The translations under genes and the position numbers were made by a program. Source: Phoronis australis (taxonomy: Eukaryota > Animalia > Phoronida). From it: a DNA stretch of 64,000 nucleotides. A model generated the notes under the pieces. The model was not told the origin of the DNA. It did not search any database and saw only the letters and a list, made by a program, of their open reading frames with translations. The DNA is taken from positions 502,700 to 566,699 of the forward strand of contig NMRA01000007.1 in assembly GCA_002633005.1 (NCBI GenBank), read 5' to 3'. Of the stretch, positions 24,749 to 36,713 are shown piece by piece; position 1 is the stretch's first letter; the number at the start of each line of letters is the position of its first letter.

Positions 24749-25905
24749 ATATTCAATAAGTTGGCTTGTTATAGCAGGACATTTTATGCACCGTCTGATG
24801 CCTAGCAAAGTGTCAATATTCTTTCTTAGCCCAGTTCGTTTCTTTCACGAAACGTGTGTTCAAAGCAGCTTAGAATGCTCAGTGTCACACAACGGAGTTC
24901 TCTGTTGTCGCTATGTAAATATTTCTAATTTCGAATAGCCAAGTATACGTCCAGTGTGATTGGCAAGAGATTTGGAATATACTAGTTGAATTTCCTTATT
25001 TAATTTTGTCTTAATTTTTGTAAACTTGTGCAGAAAAATAAACAGTACTTCTTCATATTCTAGGTATTTTTAACCGTGCCTGACTTCAAGACGTTTATAA
25101 CTGGGACTATATATAGGATGACTGTTTACACTTTCTCGACTGCAAACAGTTCCATTGACACAATGCTGAAAAGGATGTAAATCACTCGTTATCGAATTTT
25201 ATCAAAAAGCAAATATTAGCGTTAAAAGTATTTATTGAGTCATAATAAATCATCGAATTAAGGAGTGATAAGCGGATAAGGCAGTCCAGGCGACGGTCCT
25301 GGTCCGTGTCTCAGCAGTATGGCTGACTGGAACTTTTCGGTTTTCGATATGTTTGTCCGTACTTCACCGGTCTGAAAAGACATTGCTTCGAGTGGGATTA
25401 GAGCTAATCCATTAGTGTGCGTGACACTTCAAGAATATATCATGATATGCCGGAATGAATCGTGAAGTAAGCGCGTCACTCGACTGTGGTTGTTAGGTAG
25501 TGAATGCTTCGTATAGTGAACTGGTGAACCATTACGGAGGAGTTGAAAAGAACGTAGTCTATCTAGGTTTTTGTCTCCTATTGTGAGCGTGTTTTCAAGC
25601 TATTGATGTGTGATACTGTAGCGTAATTACACTTCGATCTCAGCGTCCATCACCAATCTCCTGATGCGATGCCAAGAGTGTAGAGGGCTTATAGTCGATA
25701 ATCACCGCAAGATCTGAACGTCAGTGCTTTCGAGCATTAGCGCTTATACCGAGTCGAAAGTCTTCACGCTCGCGCAAAATGGTCTACGAACTCGTGGAAT
25801 TTCGTTGCTAATGTATCGACCTTCAAGAAATGTTCCGTTCATCTAGTTTGGTTTGGCAAATCTCCGTCTATGAAACACGAAACATTCAAATAGACAAGGC
25901 ATGAA

Positions 25906-28900
25906 ATGGAAAGTGACGCGGAAAAGACTCGTCATAAATTTTTAACTATTTTCAGTCGAAACACTATCGGATTCAAGATGCATTACTGTCATGTTGATTC
26001 CGGAAAACGGACTGGTTTGATACCCAAGGTATTTTCAATGACTATGACTAGGTTAAAAGATATCACGGGTTACCGGACTGTTTCACACGATGGTTTCCTA
26101 TATTTTATTGGAGGACGTGAAATCGAGGGTGGTGCTTTACGAAAGTATGTGTTGCGTTTTGACGCTCGCACGAACACGTGGAGTCACGGTGCAGCCATGA
26201 GAACTCCGAGAATACGACACACAGCAACCGTCGTTCAAGGACTGATATACGTCATTGGTGAGTTTCATTGAATTCGGAGCACTGAGCCAGACCTACAGAA
26301 ATCGACAAGTCACCGACGTCTAAACTATCCATGTAGAGTTGTTCATTGAGTTTCTCGTTGAGGTAGTCACGGTGATACAGCCAGGCTGAGGCGTGTTTTG
26401 TGTGGGCGACCAAGCCCCATGAGTAAGATTTGGAGGCCCCCACTAAAAACAACAAACTTCACTGGAAGACTGACTTCGGATAGCTTCAACAGTATGCACA
26501 GGAAAAAACGTAATAGCTGTTGACGCCATCCGCCGAATAATTGTTTTTGCACTGACATCAACTGCGCATGCGTTCTTCAAACGGCAATGACAGTCATTGT
26601 TTCCAGTGGGATTGTAAATTTCATAACCGGTAACTGGTTGCTAATAGGTTGTCAGAATTCTAAAGAGCTGTGTCTGACGTTTTTGCATAAGCCTCATTCA
26701 GCAGCGAACACTTTCAATGAGCAGTATTTTCTGAGTATAACGAAGCCCTGAAATTTCGATTCCAGCTTATCGCAAGACAGATGTATTACCTACGTACGCG
26801 ATTCTACTAGATGCAGACGTGCTACCTGCACCGGCTGCGCATAGCTGGTGTAGTCCGGGCCGAAAAGTCGGTATATATGTTTTTCATGTCAGTGATTGGA
26901 CATTGCGATTTTCTAAAATTATTCTAAAAATACATGCAGACACTGAGTAAACGGAGTGAAGAAGAGTTTACTATGAAAATCCGTTGTGATTTATTACAAA
27001 TCACCAATTTTTGTTGTTGTCTACCATGCATTCATTCGAAAGGTAGACATCTGTGATCTGAGGCGGACCTCAGTTTTTACCCACTTCGCCAAATGGGGGG
27101 GGCTCATTCGAGACCCACGAGTCCCCCCTGGGTGAGCGCATGCCATATGCGTGGTTGCAGTTCACTGAGGTTTCGTGGTACGATTTTTTGGTGTTTATCG
27201 CAGGATAGTACAGGTTAAGAGTCAAGAGTTTTGCATCCCGTGATAGATTAACGTCTTTTTCCGCGCCGGACAGAAAACAAAAAACACAAGTTGATGGTGG
27301 CTTTATCAAACTTATTTACAGCCTGCATGATGTATGATGTTAATTCGGGTATTTTATATAAAAACACTGTGTTTGTAATTCTGACGTCATCGTGGACATT
27401 CCAGACATTTTTCATGATATCTGTTTTAGCGAGGTTACCTCACTTTAATGTTGTTATTTCTACGTGAGATAACTTTCATAATTGATAATTCAGTTTGATG
27501 GGTTTTATTCTCAGGAGGAGAGGGAAAAGGCGGTCGTATCCTGTCAAGCGTTGAGATGTACGACCCTGTCTATGACTTGTGGGCGGATACAGTGCGCCTA
27601 CCCCTACCTGCGGCGGATCACGCCACGTGCCTGCTCAACAATACGCTTTACGTGTCCGGTGGCTGTACTGACATCAACCGCTCGCTATCCGATTCGTTTT
27701 GGTAAGCATTGCTCAGATCTTTCTTGACAGTATGTCCTCCACAACACAAATTCCGGTACCCTAAATTCCTGTGAATACCTGTAGGTGTATACCAAAGGGA
27801 AGTGGCAAGAACTAGGGTGGGTTGACCGCAAGAGTATAATTTTAGACTGTCTCAAAATGAACCGTAAGCTTAGGGTAATCTTGCACCGACTCTGGTATGG
27901 AAAACTTCAGTGAAGCGGGGCATCACGGAGGGTTAAACCTATTTGACACACACTCCTGCGACACGGTCATAACAGGAAGCGGCAATGTACTCTCCTTCAT
28001 CCAAAATGGGGTCGAATGCCCAGATACAAACCAAAACTACTCCACGACGCAAAATAGCTACATGTAATTAATTTGGATAATTACAAATAGTTCGCTATTT
28101 AGTTAGATTTCCCCTTGTATGCGAACGTTTACAGCTCACATGCGAACTTCAGTCCCACGGCCAATCAATATTCATTTTGAAAGTCATGCGGTTTGCGCAC
28201 ACGCACAGACAATGTTCACCTTCGAGGATAAATATTACGAAAACACCCGAGGTCTTCCGAGAGATGTAAATTCGTCTCTGTTTGCCTGAAACTCTACTTT
28301 TCCTTAATTCAGGAAACTTCATATCCCTGGCGATGATTTTTGGTCCGATGTCGTGTACAGTGACGAAAACGTTGAAACGTCAAACAATTTGCCTGCTGTC
28401 CGAGAGCGGCACACGATGATCGGACACATCAATAGGATTTATTGTTTTGGTGGTAAGTCGCTGCTTTATTGGGAGTAATTTATTTTTAAAATGTTTCTTG
28501 AACAAAATTAGTTGCGTTGAGGGCAACAAACCCGCTGGGGTCTTTTGTCAAAACCAATTTATGAATTAGAACACTTATTGGCGGGCTCTATCAAAAATTA
28601 CTTTTTGGCTTTAATAACTGGCAGACCGTTAGAGTCGATGACCGCCTTCACGAGCTATGTAAAGGAACTGTTTGCAATCAAAATCGGAGTTACGACTGTC
28701 CTTGCTAAGACCAGACCTGCGATATTTGATGAAACGGGTCTCTGAAGAATTGGTTCCTGTTTATCCCCTAGGTGTCACTGTGCAAGGCACGGGAAAGTCG
28801 CGACGAGCCGTGGTGGATGCTTCAGTAAACGTGTTCAACCTTGACGTCCCTGGATGGACAGTAGCCGCTGGCACTACTCGGAACCCCAGATGTAGCGCCG

Positions 28901-30843
28901 GTGCAGTTCTTCTAGGTAGTATAGTGAATCCTCATGGGGGGACTGTCGTCCTTGATGCTCCCTCTAATTTGTAGGCGTAAATAGGCCCGGCTTTCACCGA
29001 CACTCGTCAAGACGAGTCATAAGTTGCAACCAATGACAATGAATCATGAGAGGTTGCAGTGGTTATTTACGTCAGTAAACTGCTCTCCTACAGTAGGAGC
29101 GTACGTACCGAGGGTGGAAAGTATCTTTGGCTTCGCCTGACGGTGATTTGCGTGCGTGAGTTACAGACGAGCAGGCCAACCACTGATTATACGACGGCGT
29201 GTATTCTAAATAATGCTTTCCATATTCAGAGTGTTCCATCGAAATTGGAATCCCGGTGTAAAACAGATATCCCGCAGTCGAAAATAGACTCCCACATCTT
29301 CAGACCAGCTAAAGAAAACCCCGACCTTCAAAACACGAAACCCCATGCATCTTTAAAACAAGAAACACGGGAATCGGACAGGAAACCCGGACATTTTTTA
29401 AAATTGTCAGAGACGATAGCCTCAAATTTTGAGTTAAAGAATCTTTAAGAACCCTCCAGTTGTTTTCTGCATTTGTTTTCTAAATTTGTCAATAATAAAA
29501 CGTAACTTATATTATAATGACTCATGTCGTCAAAACTCGTGCAACTTGTCTGTTCTCGAATTTTCAACGTAATCTACAGGTATGCTCTCAATAAGTTGTT
29601 ATCTCGGTAAATGTTTAATTAATTTCAGATTTATTCAATAGTCTCTCCAGAAATATTTTCAAAAATAATGTTTCGACTTTCGAGTGCCATTGTTGCTTAA
29701 TTCCTTTTAATGTTTTTACAATTAGGGTTCGTCGATTTACTTGTCATGAGTACATTATTTCCGGTGTAATTTCCGGATTTTGAAATGGATCGCGAGAATT
29801 ATTAACTCAAAAGGCCTGCACCGTGGCCAATTTCACCATTTTGCCATAAAAAGCGTACTTCAAATCCTCATCGATCAAAACGGAATTTTTAATCGGAATT
29901 TCTGAAGTCAACGCTCTCACTTTGACAGCCGGAAAGTGCGGGAGTTGTGTTTCGATCAACGGTGTCCTGTCCTATCCCCGTGTTTTTTGGACTGGTTAGC
30001 TGTTTTGAAGGTGCGGGAGTCATCTTTTCGACTCCGAGATATCTAGTGTTTTACAGCGGGGTTCCAAGTTCGTGGAGCACCTTGATATGAGACCAGCTAG
30101 TGGAGCGGCCATGGAAGCAACGAAACACCCTTGTTGCATCGATTGTCTGTCTCCATTCATTTGATGAATTGACTCATAGCGACGGATAAACTGAACAACA
30201 TTGCGATATTGACAAATAGTTTATTCCAATGAATTATTTACATTGGTTCTAAAGTTAGCGAATTATAACTAAGGAGCACTCGAACTGGCTTGAGACGTGT
30301 GGAACGGAACGTCACGCAAACAAGAACTCGTTATCCAGGGTTGAGTTCTAGTATAGCTGTAAGAATCACGAGGCGAAAACCTAGGGTAATCACTTGCTTC
30401 CCTTGCTGTATATGGCGATATCTCGCGCGGTCTTGCGTTCTTCGAGGTTCTCGCTGATACGGAACGTGTACAATGCTACACGGTTCGATTGTATTACAAT
30501 AAATTTAATTTAATTGTCTAGTTTCTCTGCTTATGGTCTTAACTTCACACGTCAGACGCTTGTCCGTCTACATTGTATACCATGTCCAACTATATTCACT
30601 GTGATTGCTTTTATTTATTTTCCAGGTCATGATATAATCATGGTAGGAGGCCAGAAACTACACGGCACAGGCATTCAAACGGTAGAATGTTATAACACGA
30701 GAAAGAAAACCTGGACAGAGCTGTTCAATTTGTCGGAGAACGACTTTAGCGACGTAGATTGTTGTATTTTGGACGTACCCACTACCAACAAAGAGTTCAA
30801 TACTCTCGGACTCGTGATGAAGAGCAATTGGATTATGTGGTGA
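25906..30843 (+). CDS. Kelch-repeat beta-propeller protein without BTB/BACK domain, 346 aa; exons 25906-26257, 27515-27701, 28313-28452, 28772-28915, 30626-30843
   Basis: GT-AG introns with compatible phases (1,2,1,1); total 1041 nt. Five canonical Kelch GG motifs (LYFIGG, IYVIGG, LYVSGG, IYCFGG, IIMVGG) are each followed by Y/F...W-type blade ends (RFDARTNTW, MYDPVYDLW, CYNTRKKTW). An in-frame TAG lies five codons upstream of the ATG. Confidence 0.88.
27050..27142 (+). mobile_element. Partial (right-end) copy of the CATGCRCGCACCCAG MITE in Kelch intron 1
   Basis: TCTGAGGC...CCCACTTCGCCAAATGGGGG..GCTC.TTC...CTGGGTGAGCGCATG matches 14782-14863. Confidence 0.65.
29227..30084. mobile_element. 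~860-bp non-autonomous DNA transposon with long (about 80-90 bp) imperfect TIRs in Kelch intron 4
   Basis: The left end CAGAGTGTTCCATCGAAATTGGAATCCCGGTGTAAAACAGATATCCCGCAGTCGAAAATAGACTCCC matches the reverse complement of the right end, CAAGGTGCTCCACGAACTTGGAACCCCCGCTGTAAAACACTAGATATCTCGGAGTCGAAAAGATGACTCCC. Flanks are ATATT/ATATG. Confidence 0.75.
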
Positions 30844-30888
30844 TAAGACCAATATGTTTACAGTGGAAAGAAAGAGGAGCATGAACTT

Positions 30889-30930
30889 CTACCGACGTTT
30901 CGATACTCTTTCATACCATCATCAGGTATA
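30889..30930 (-). ncRNA. Minimal type-I hammerhead ribozyme motif (Penelope/retrozyme type)
   Basis: The minus strand reads TAC-CTGATGA-T-GGTAT-GAAAGA-GTATC-GAAAC-GTC-GGTA. The CUGANGA and GAAA cores are intact, stem II has 5 bp (two G-U), stem III is a palindromic ACGT, the triplet is GUC, and stem I is short. Confidence 0.6.
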
Positions 30931-33900
30931 CCACATTACAGCTCGTGATTTCATTGATGTGTTGTTATGTTGATCGTGACTGGTGGAAATTTCTTTGCAC
31001 GGTTGCAAAAAGTTATACGATGAAAAAAGGTCACACATTATCGAGGTTGTCTCTGTTAAACAATAAAATTTTGAAGACATACAATCATCAAACATATGTA
31101 GCCGGCGAGTGTTTAAATTTTATACAATGCAACACTGATAACTAGTCAAAGTCTGAATGCGGAAGTAGAGTAAACGTTCGTGATAACATCCAGCGTCTCA
31201 ATTTCATTTTCTGTCCATTTGAGGGCAGAGGGACGTGTTTTTGTTGTAAATATTCTTTTAAAACAAGAAGTTGAAAGAAAATTGTAGTTTATATAATGTT
31301 TCTGTCATTTTAAAAATGCCGGACATTAAACTAAGTTGTAACAAGGTGTGTTAACGTGCCAGTATACTGTTTAATGATTTATTTTGTGTCAGGGCAATAA
31401 AATGTAGACTTTGATCATAGATGTTTAGCAAATTCTGACATGCTTAGCAATGTACTCTTTTCACGCTTACCACAGCAGAGCACACAAGTAACCTGTACAA
31501 GACGAAACTTATTGCCGACCGTGTTAGCTTCACTGTATCCCTTAGTGTTCCAATATAGTTGTGCAAAGTGTTCATTCTGTTGGGAAAACTGATGCTTTGC
31601 ACGGCCGACTGTCGGTGGTCGACGGGCAAAGTTTTTCAGTGGAGACTGGGGGTAGTGAGAGAAAGAGGAAGGCGTGGGACTGTATGTCTTCAACTTAACG
31701 GAGTTTGGTGCGTTTATCCAAATTTGGTAAATTTCGGAACATCGTATCTCAGAAGAGACTGATTGGATTTACACGAAACTTTCAGATACCTTGCGTCATG
31801 CATGGTTCTCCGAAACTCGTATAGGACTTTTAAGATTTTTATGAACAAGTCAAGAGTTGCGAAACGAAACGAAAACGAAATGATAATTGAGAAAACTGTA
31901 CCAGTGTTTTTGAGATTTCGTCATCAATATTTAAATTCATGTAATCGATGTCTTTTTTGCTATGGATGTACGTTTCCCTTTTGTTTAATTTTACTAAAAG
32001 TACATGGTCACGCGACCCAATTAATGGCAGATTGATATTAAGTCAAAATCAAATTCTGCAGGCTTTGTACTTTCAGAAACTATTATTAGCTAAATACACA
32101 TACCAGACGATAAGGGCATGTATAACCTTAATGTGGAATTTGCACGCTAATTCCTTATCTCTGTGATTGCTTTGTCAAATTATTTAGAAACACAACATAT
32201 AATGACGATATGAACATTAAGTGGGTTGAACATTGCCAAATGTTTTTAAGAATGAGTTTTGCGTTGAACATGGTCCTCCTTAAATTACTTAACCGTGTCC
32301 AGTTTCTATCGTGACGTGGTGTTGAGGAATAACACTGCATGATGCGGGTTATGTGAGCCCTCAAGGTACGTCATTCGTGCAAAGGTCACTTGTTTGCAGA
32401 TTTTTTATGTTCACATTGACGAGTTGTCAGAGAATACAACTGCACCATGATGTTCAAATAGCATTGTCGTTTAGTTCCTCAGTGCTACATATTAGCATAG
32501 TCAGGAGCAGGCAAATACTTTTTTAGGAGAAGACGAGGTGATTTGTTGCTATTACAAAATTGTTTTTACCAAAGGAAGCTGTGAAGTACATGTGTGAGCA
32601 ACAGCACCGTGCCTGTGATAAAACGTACACACCTGCGAATTATTATACAAGAATCACGTTGGCAGATTTAGACACCGTTCCAGTAGTACGGCAGATTTAT
32701 AATAGCGAACAATATGGCACAGCGTTTACTATATACATGGAGGCCTATATCATATGCTAAGTCGATCCAGTTCCTGTGCATTAGCAACAAACGAGAAATC
32801 TGGACGTCTCGTTGATATAGCAAATAGCACAATTGATAGTAGGAATACTGCGCTGGTAGTATGAAGCCCAGATGAAAGACAGTTTCGCCTTTAACACTTT
32901 TCAGAGGCGATGTTTTTATGACGAGACAACATGAGATTGAAAAAGCTATCACTGCAAAACTTGCTTCAGAATGAGAACTGTTGTTGAATATTCGCCACAC
33001 ATAAAAACTCAGTGGTCAGAATACACTTTTATTTGGCGAACATGAATGTTTTGATACAGGATTTAGCAGACGGCTAACCAGAAACGTCCGACCCTCTGTT
33101 ATAAAGAAAACGTGGAACGACACCCAAATCATAGCGGAATCAGTTATCACCGAGCCGGAGAGGCATCGGAAAGATGGAACATCGGGACCTAGGAATGTCG
33201 AGCCAGGAAAAGTCGAAACGGAAGATCTTAAGGGCAGATGAACATTGAACATAGAAAACAACGGTATGTCTCTGATCATTGAGACAGAGAACCTTTAGTG
33301 TAGGAACTGTAGGAGAGGAAAGGATCATGGCTATGGACCCGAAGAAATGACAACAAAAACATTAATGAATAAAACAGAAAAACATCTCAAAACTGAAGCT
33401 AAAATAATTTTTGAAAATATTTTGCAAATTTGTTTTTTTTTTGTATTTTCCAGAAGTTGCTGACTGGCCGTGGTGATAGTATTTAACCAAATCCATCAAT
33501 TAAAGTTTTAATATCATTTATTTTACATCGTACTAGGCATTGCCTAAAATTTTAGAACATTGAAAAAGTAAAAATGGATGTTATAAAAAGACTTTTTACC
33601 TTTTTGAAAGTGTTCTCAAACGGAACATGATTTACAATGAGTAACAGTGAAAGGAATGAATTAAAATGTGATTGATGACAATTGTGACATTGTGTGTTTA
33701 TGTTTTATTAAAGTGTGCAGAAAACGGGTGTATCATAAAGTGTTATAGTGACGACCGTCGATTGGGCGGCAGAAAGCCTGAAACATAGTGACGACCGTTG
33801 ATTGTCTGAAAAAGGCTAAACGTAAGTCACAAAAATGTTCGCCTATGCTTGCATTTTTGTAATAGATAATGTTAAAAGGGAGTAAAATAAATAAAATTAA

Positions 33901-34421
33901 TGCAGGAGCATTAGTCTTAAAAAGGAGGTCCATCTGCTATCCGCTGTCATTGTCCGTCCTCTGGAACCTTGGTGGAGCTCTCATTGGCGAGGTTGCTATA
34001 CGGTGAACATATTCTCGAATCAGAGAGCTCCGAACTATCCCGTATGGTGCGTACTCAGTATGTTTACATCATGTTTGTGAAACATAACGAACTATCCTTG
34101 CGTTTAAATTTTCATTGCCTTAGCTGATTGACTGGAATCATAAGGTTGGCTGACGTATCGGAACTATCCATATCAGGTTTTAGACATATTTGATCAACCG
34201 CCTATCACTAGTAGGCCCTATGGCAGTCATCAAAATGGGCCCGATTACTCACGTGACACTGTCTGCTCCCGCCTCCCGACTTCTACATGTGTGTTCGTTT
34301 GACGCTGTTGGAAACAACCGTTACATCCGTCAAATATAACAACGTATTTATTTCACTGGTAAAAACTTCATGAGCTAGGTCAGCCAACAAAATGAAAAAA
34401 CCTGTGTTGATACGTAATAAG

Positions 34422-34846
34422 TGACGTCATCTCATTATTGGAATATCTCGGTGCAAGGTAGAGTAAAAAACGCAAATTTTACTCTCCAGATTATTGTAAA
34501 TTTCTCTTGATAGTGATTTATGTAGTATTGTAGCTTTTTATTCAAAACTATTTTATTTGAACGGGCGGAACAAACGGTTGACCTCAAATTATTATTGAAG
34601 TTAGAGACCCAATGAACTCCTTGAAAGTTCATGACCCGGCGTAAAATTACATCGTTTCTCGCGATTTACGGGGTTGATGCCGCAAAAATTCATACATTTT
34701 GTCTGGTGAGTCTTGTCAGCTTTTCATTCAGTTACATTTGCTTTTAATGGGAGAGCATGCGCGTGACCTCGTCTTTATATTGAAGGAAGGGTTCCAGTGA
34801 ACTTAATAAGTTCACGACCTCCACATTATATGTATATATATAAAAA
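34422..34846 (+). promoter_or_regulatory. Putative promoter of the protamine-like gene: perfect CRE (34422-34429) and TATA box (about 34833-34846)
   Basis: TGACGTCA palindrome; TATATATATAAAAAG about 70 nt upstream of the ATG at 34915; TGACCT half-site at 34764. Confidence 0.55.
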
Positions 34847-34914
34847 GAACTCAGGTACCCATAGTAACATTCCTCCCAAAACATCGGTTGCAGGACCGTT
34901 TGTCACAGGCCATC

Positions 34915-35483
34915 ATGGGATCAAGTGAGCTAATTTCACAGGCTGATTAATCCATAAATCGATTTAGAATTTTGAAATTTGTTCTCAAATTCCAGTTGTA
35001 AATCTTTCTCTACTCGAATGCATTAAATCGAAATTTATTTTTTGATTTCTAGGAAGTAGATCAATGAAAAGGTCACGTTCAAGGCGCTCGAGGTCGGCTC
35101 GTTCTGCGAGTCGCAAGTCGCAAGCAAGATCGGCGAGCGCAAATAAGAGGCGGCAGAGGAAAGCCAAGTCTGCCGGTGGCGCTAAGAAAGGCGGAAAAGC
35201 CCGCAGCAAGTCCCGCAAGGGTCGCTCGCGCAGTAAATCTGGAAAAGGGCGATCTAAAGCTCGTAAGGGCCGCTCCAGCGCCCGTAAGGGTAAGAAAAGG
35301 GCTGGAAGCAAAAAACGTGCCAAGGGAGGCAAGAGCCGTAGCCGATCACGAAAACGCACGGTTACAAGATCTAAGCGTAGACGTGGAAAGAAGGGCAAAG
35401 CTGCCTCATCCGCTGAGGACTCGGATGGAAGTGCGGCCCCAGCTAAGAAACGAAGGCGCCGTCGTAAGGCAAAGAAGGCATAA
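34915..35483 (+). CDS. Protamine-like sperm nuclear basic protein (SNBP, PL-type, no H1 globular domain), 146 aa; exons 34915-34924 and 35053-35483
   Basis: CATCATGGGATCAA|GTGAGC donor and TTTCTAG|GA acceptor join in phase 1, giving MGSRSRSMKRSRSRRSRSARS... Manual count: 36 Arg + 31 Lys of 146 residues (about 46%), the rest mostly Ser/Ala/Gly, with N-terminal SR repeats. TATA box upstream and AATAAA at about 35618. The function is inferred from composition. Confidence 0.8.
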
Positions 35484-36569
35484 GTTGTAGACACTAGTCA
35501 TTTAAAAAAAAGTCGAGACATGTCACCTTCTCGACGTCTTCTTGCCTGAACACACGGTGTAAATAGTTACGTACTGGATGTTCAAATTGTCATGTGCTAA
35601 ATATTGTGTTGGGAGAAAATAAAAGAAAGAAAGTCGGACGAGAAAGCGTCATGCTTTCTTGCTTCGACAACAGGGTACAAGAAACACTTTGTGTCTTGTA
35701 ATTATTAAATGCTCCCCCTATCGATAACAGCATGCGGCTTTCAAGTAGTCGTACGTGAAGACGTTGGCAACTAAAGAACATCCAGAAATCTCGCAAGGGC
35801 AGTACTAAGATTTTTGTCCTGCATAAAGCACAAATATTTCTCCGGATTTACGTTTTAAATTCTGTGCAGAAATCTAGCTTCATGCGTGAATAAAACGGTC
35901 TTGATACAAGGCGTTTTACGTGCAGATTTACGAAGTTGCTTACTGTGGGTGATTTAAACGTAATTCTCATTCTTCTTAGAAGTATTTTTGTCGGATTTCC
36001 TCATTAAAGACAAAAACGTTGTAATGCCGCTTTGAGTCATTGCGGACCATAAAGATGGTCTGATATCTTATTGGTGAGCAATGTGATTGTGATCATGGTT
36101 AGAGGGTTCTTACAATTCTACCCTCTCAACTCGCACGATTCCGGCGGATATTATTGTATTTCACTGCAAAACCTTCGTCATCTAATTAATCGCGTTCAAT
36201 TGGGTTGTTGCTTGTTCGCGCTTTAGGTCCACTTTGTTGCCTGGTGCAATATCTAAAATCATAAATATCTATGAAGATGTTGTTTCTGTGGGCTTTTGAA
36301 GGCGCACACATCGAACGTGGTCCTTGGTGTTTCCCACTTTCCGATTTGACGATTGAGTGGATTCGCATTCTGAATAAGCGATGACAAATGTTCACGTTAG
36401 TTTATAATGCAAGTGTCTGATTGTAACCTTAATTGTGAACGAGATTTAAAACCCCTGTATCGTGGCGTTCTCTTGTGTGAAACAAATCACACCCTGGTCA
36501 ACATTACTGAAGTACAATGATCTAGAGAACAACAAAAATTCTGTCTAAATCAATACCAGATCCGCAAAA

Positions 36570-36713
36570 GGGCCCCGCAGTTGCATAAAAGTTACACGAT
36601 GCATATCAACAATGACGTCGCATGATCACGCGCCACGCTGTTATTGTTGAACAATGCACGCAATAATGATGCTTATTCAACGAATAATTTTGAAGTTGCA
36701 TGCAACCCAGTCC
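36570..36713. mobile_element. ~145-bp MITE, same family as 24599-24748
   Basis: High similarity to 24599-24748; GGGCCCCGCAGTTGCATAAAA ... TTGCATGCAACCCAGTCC ends. Confidence 0.65.

Noticed and set aside
34985-35494. 169-aa antisense ORF and 104-aa alternative-frame ORF over the SNBP exon
   Set aside because: Expected from the low-complexity codon usage; no independent promoter or splice support, and the alternative frame starts at GTG.
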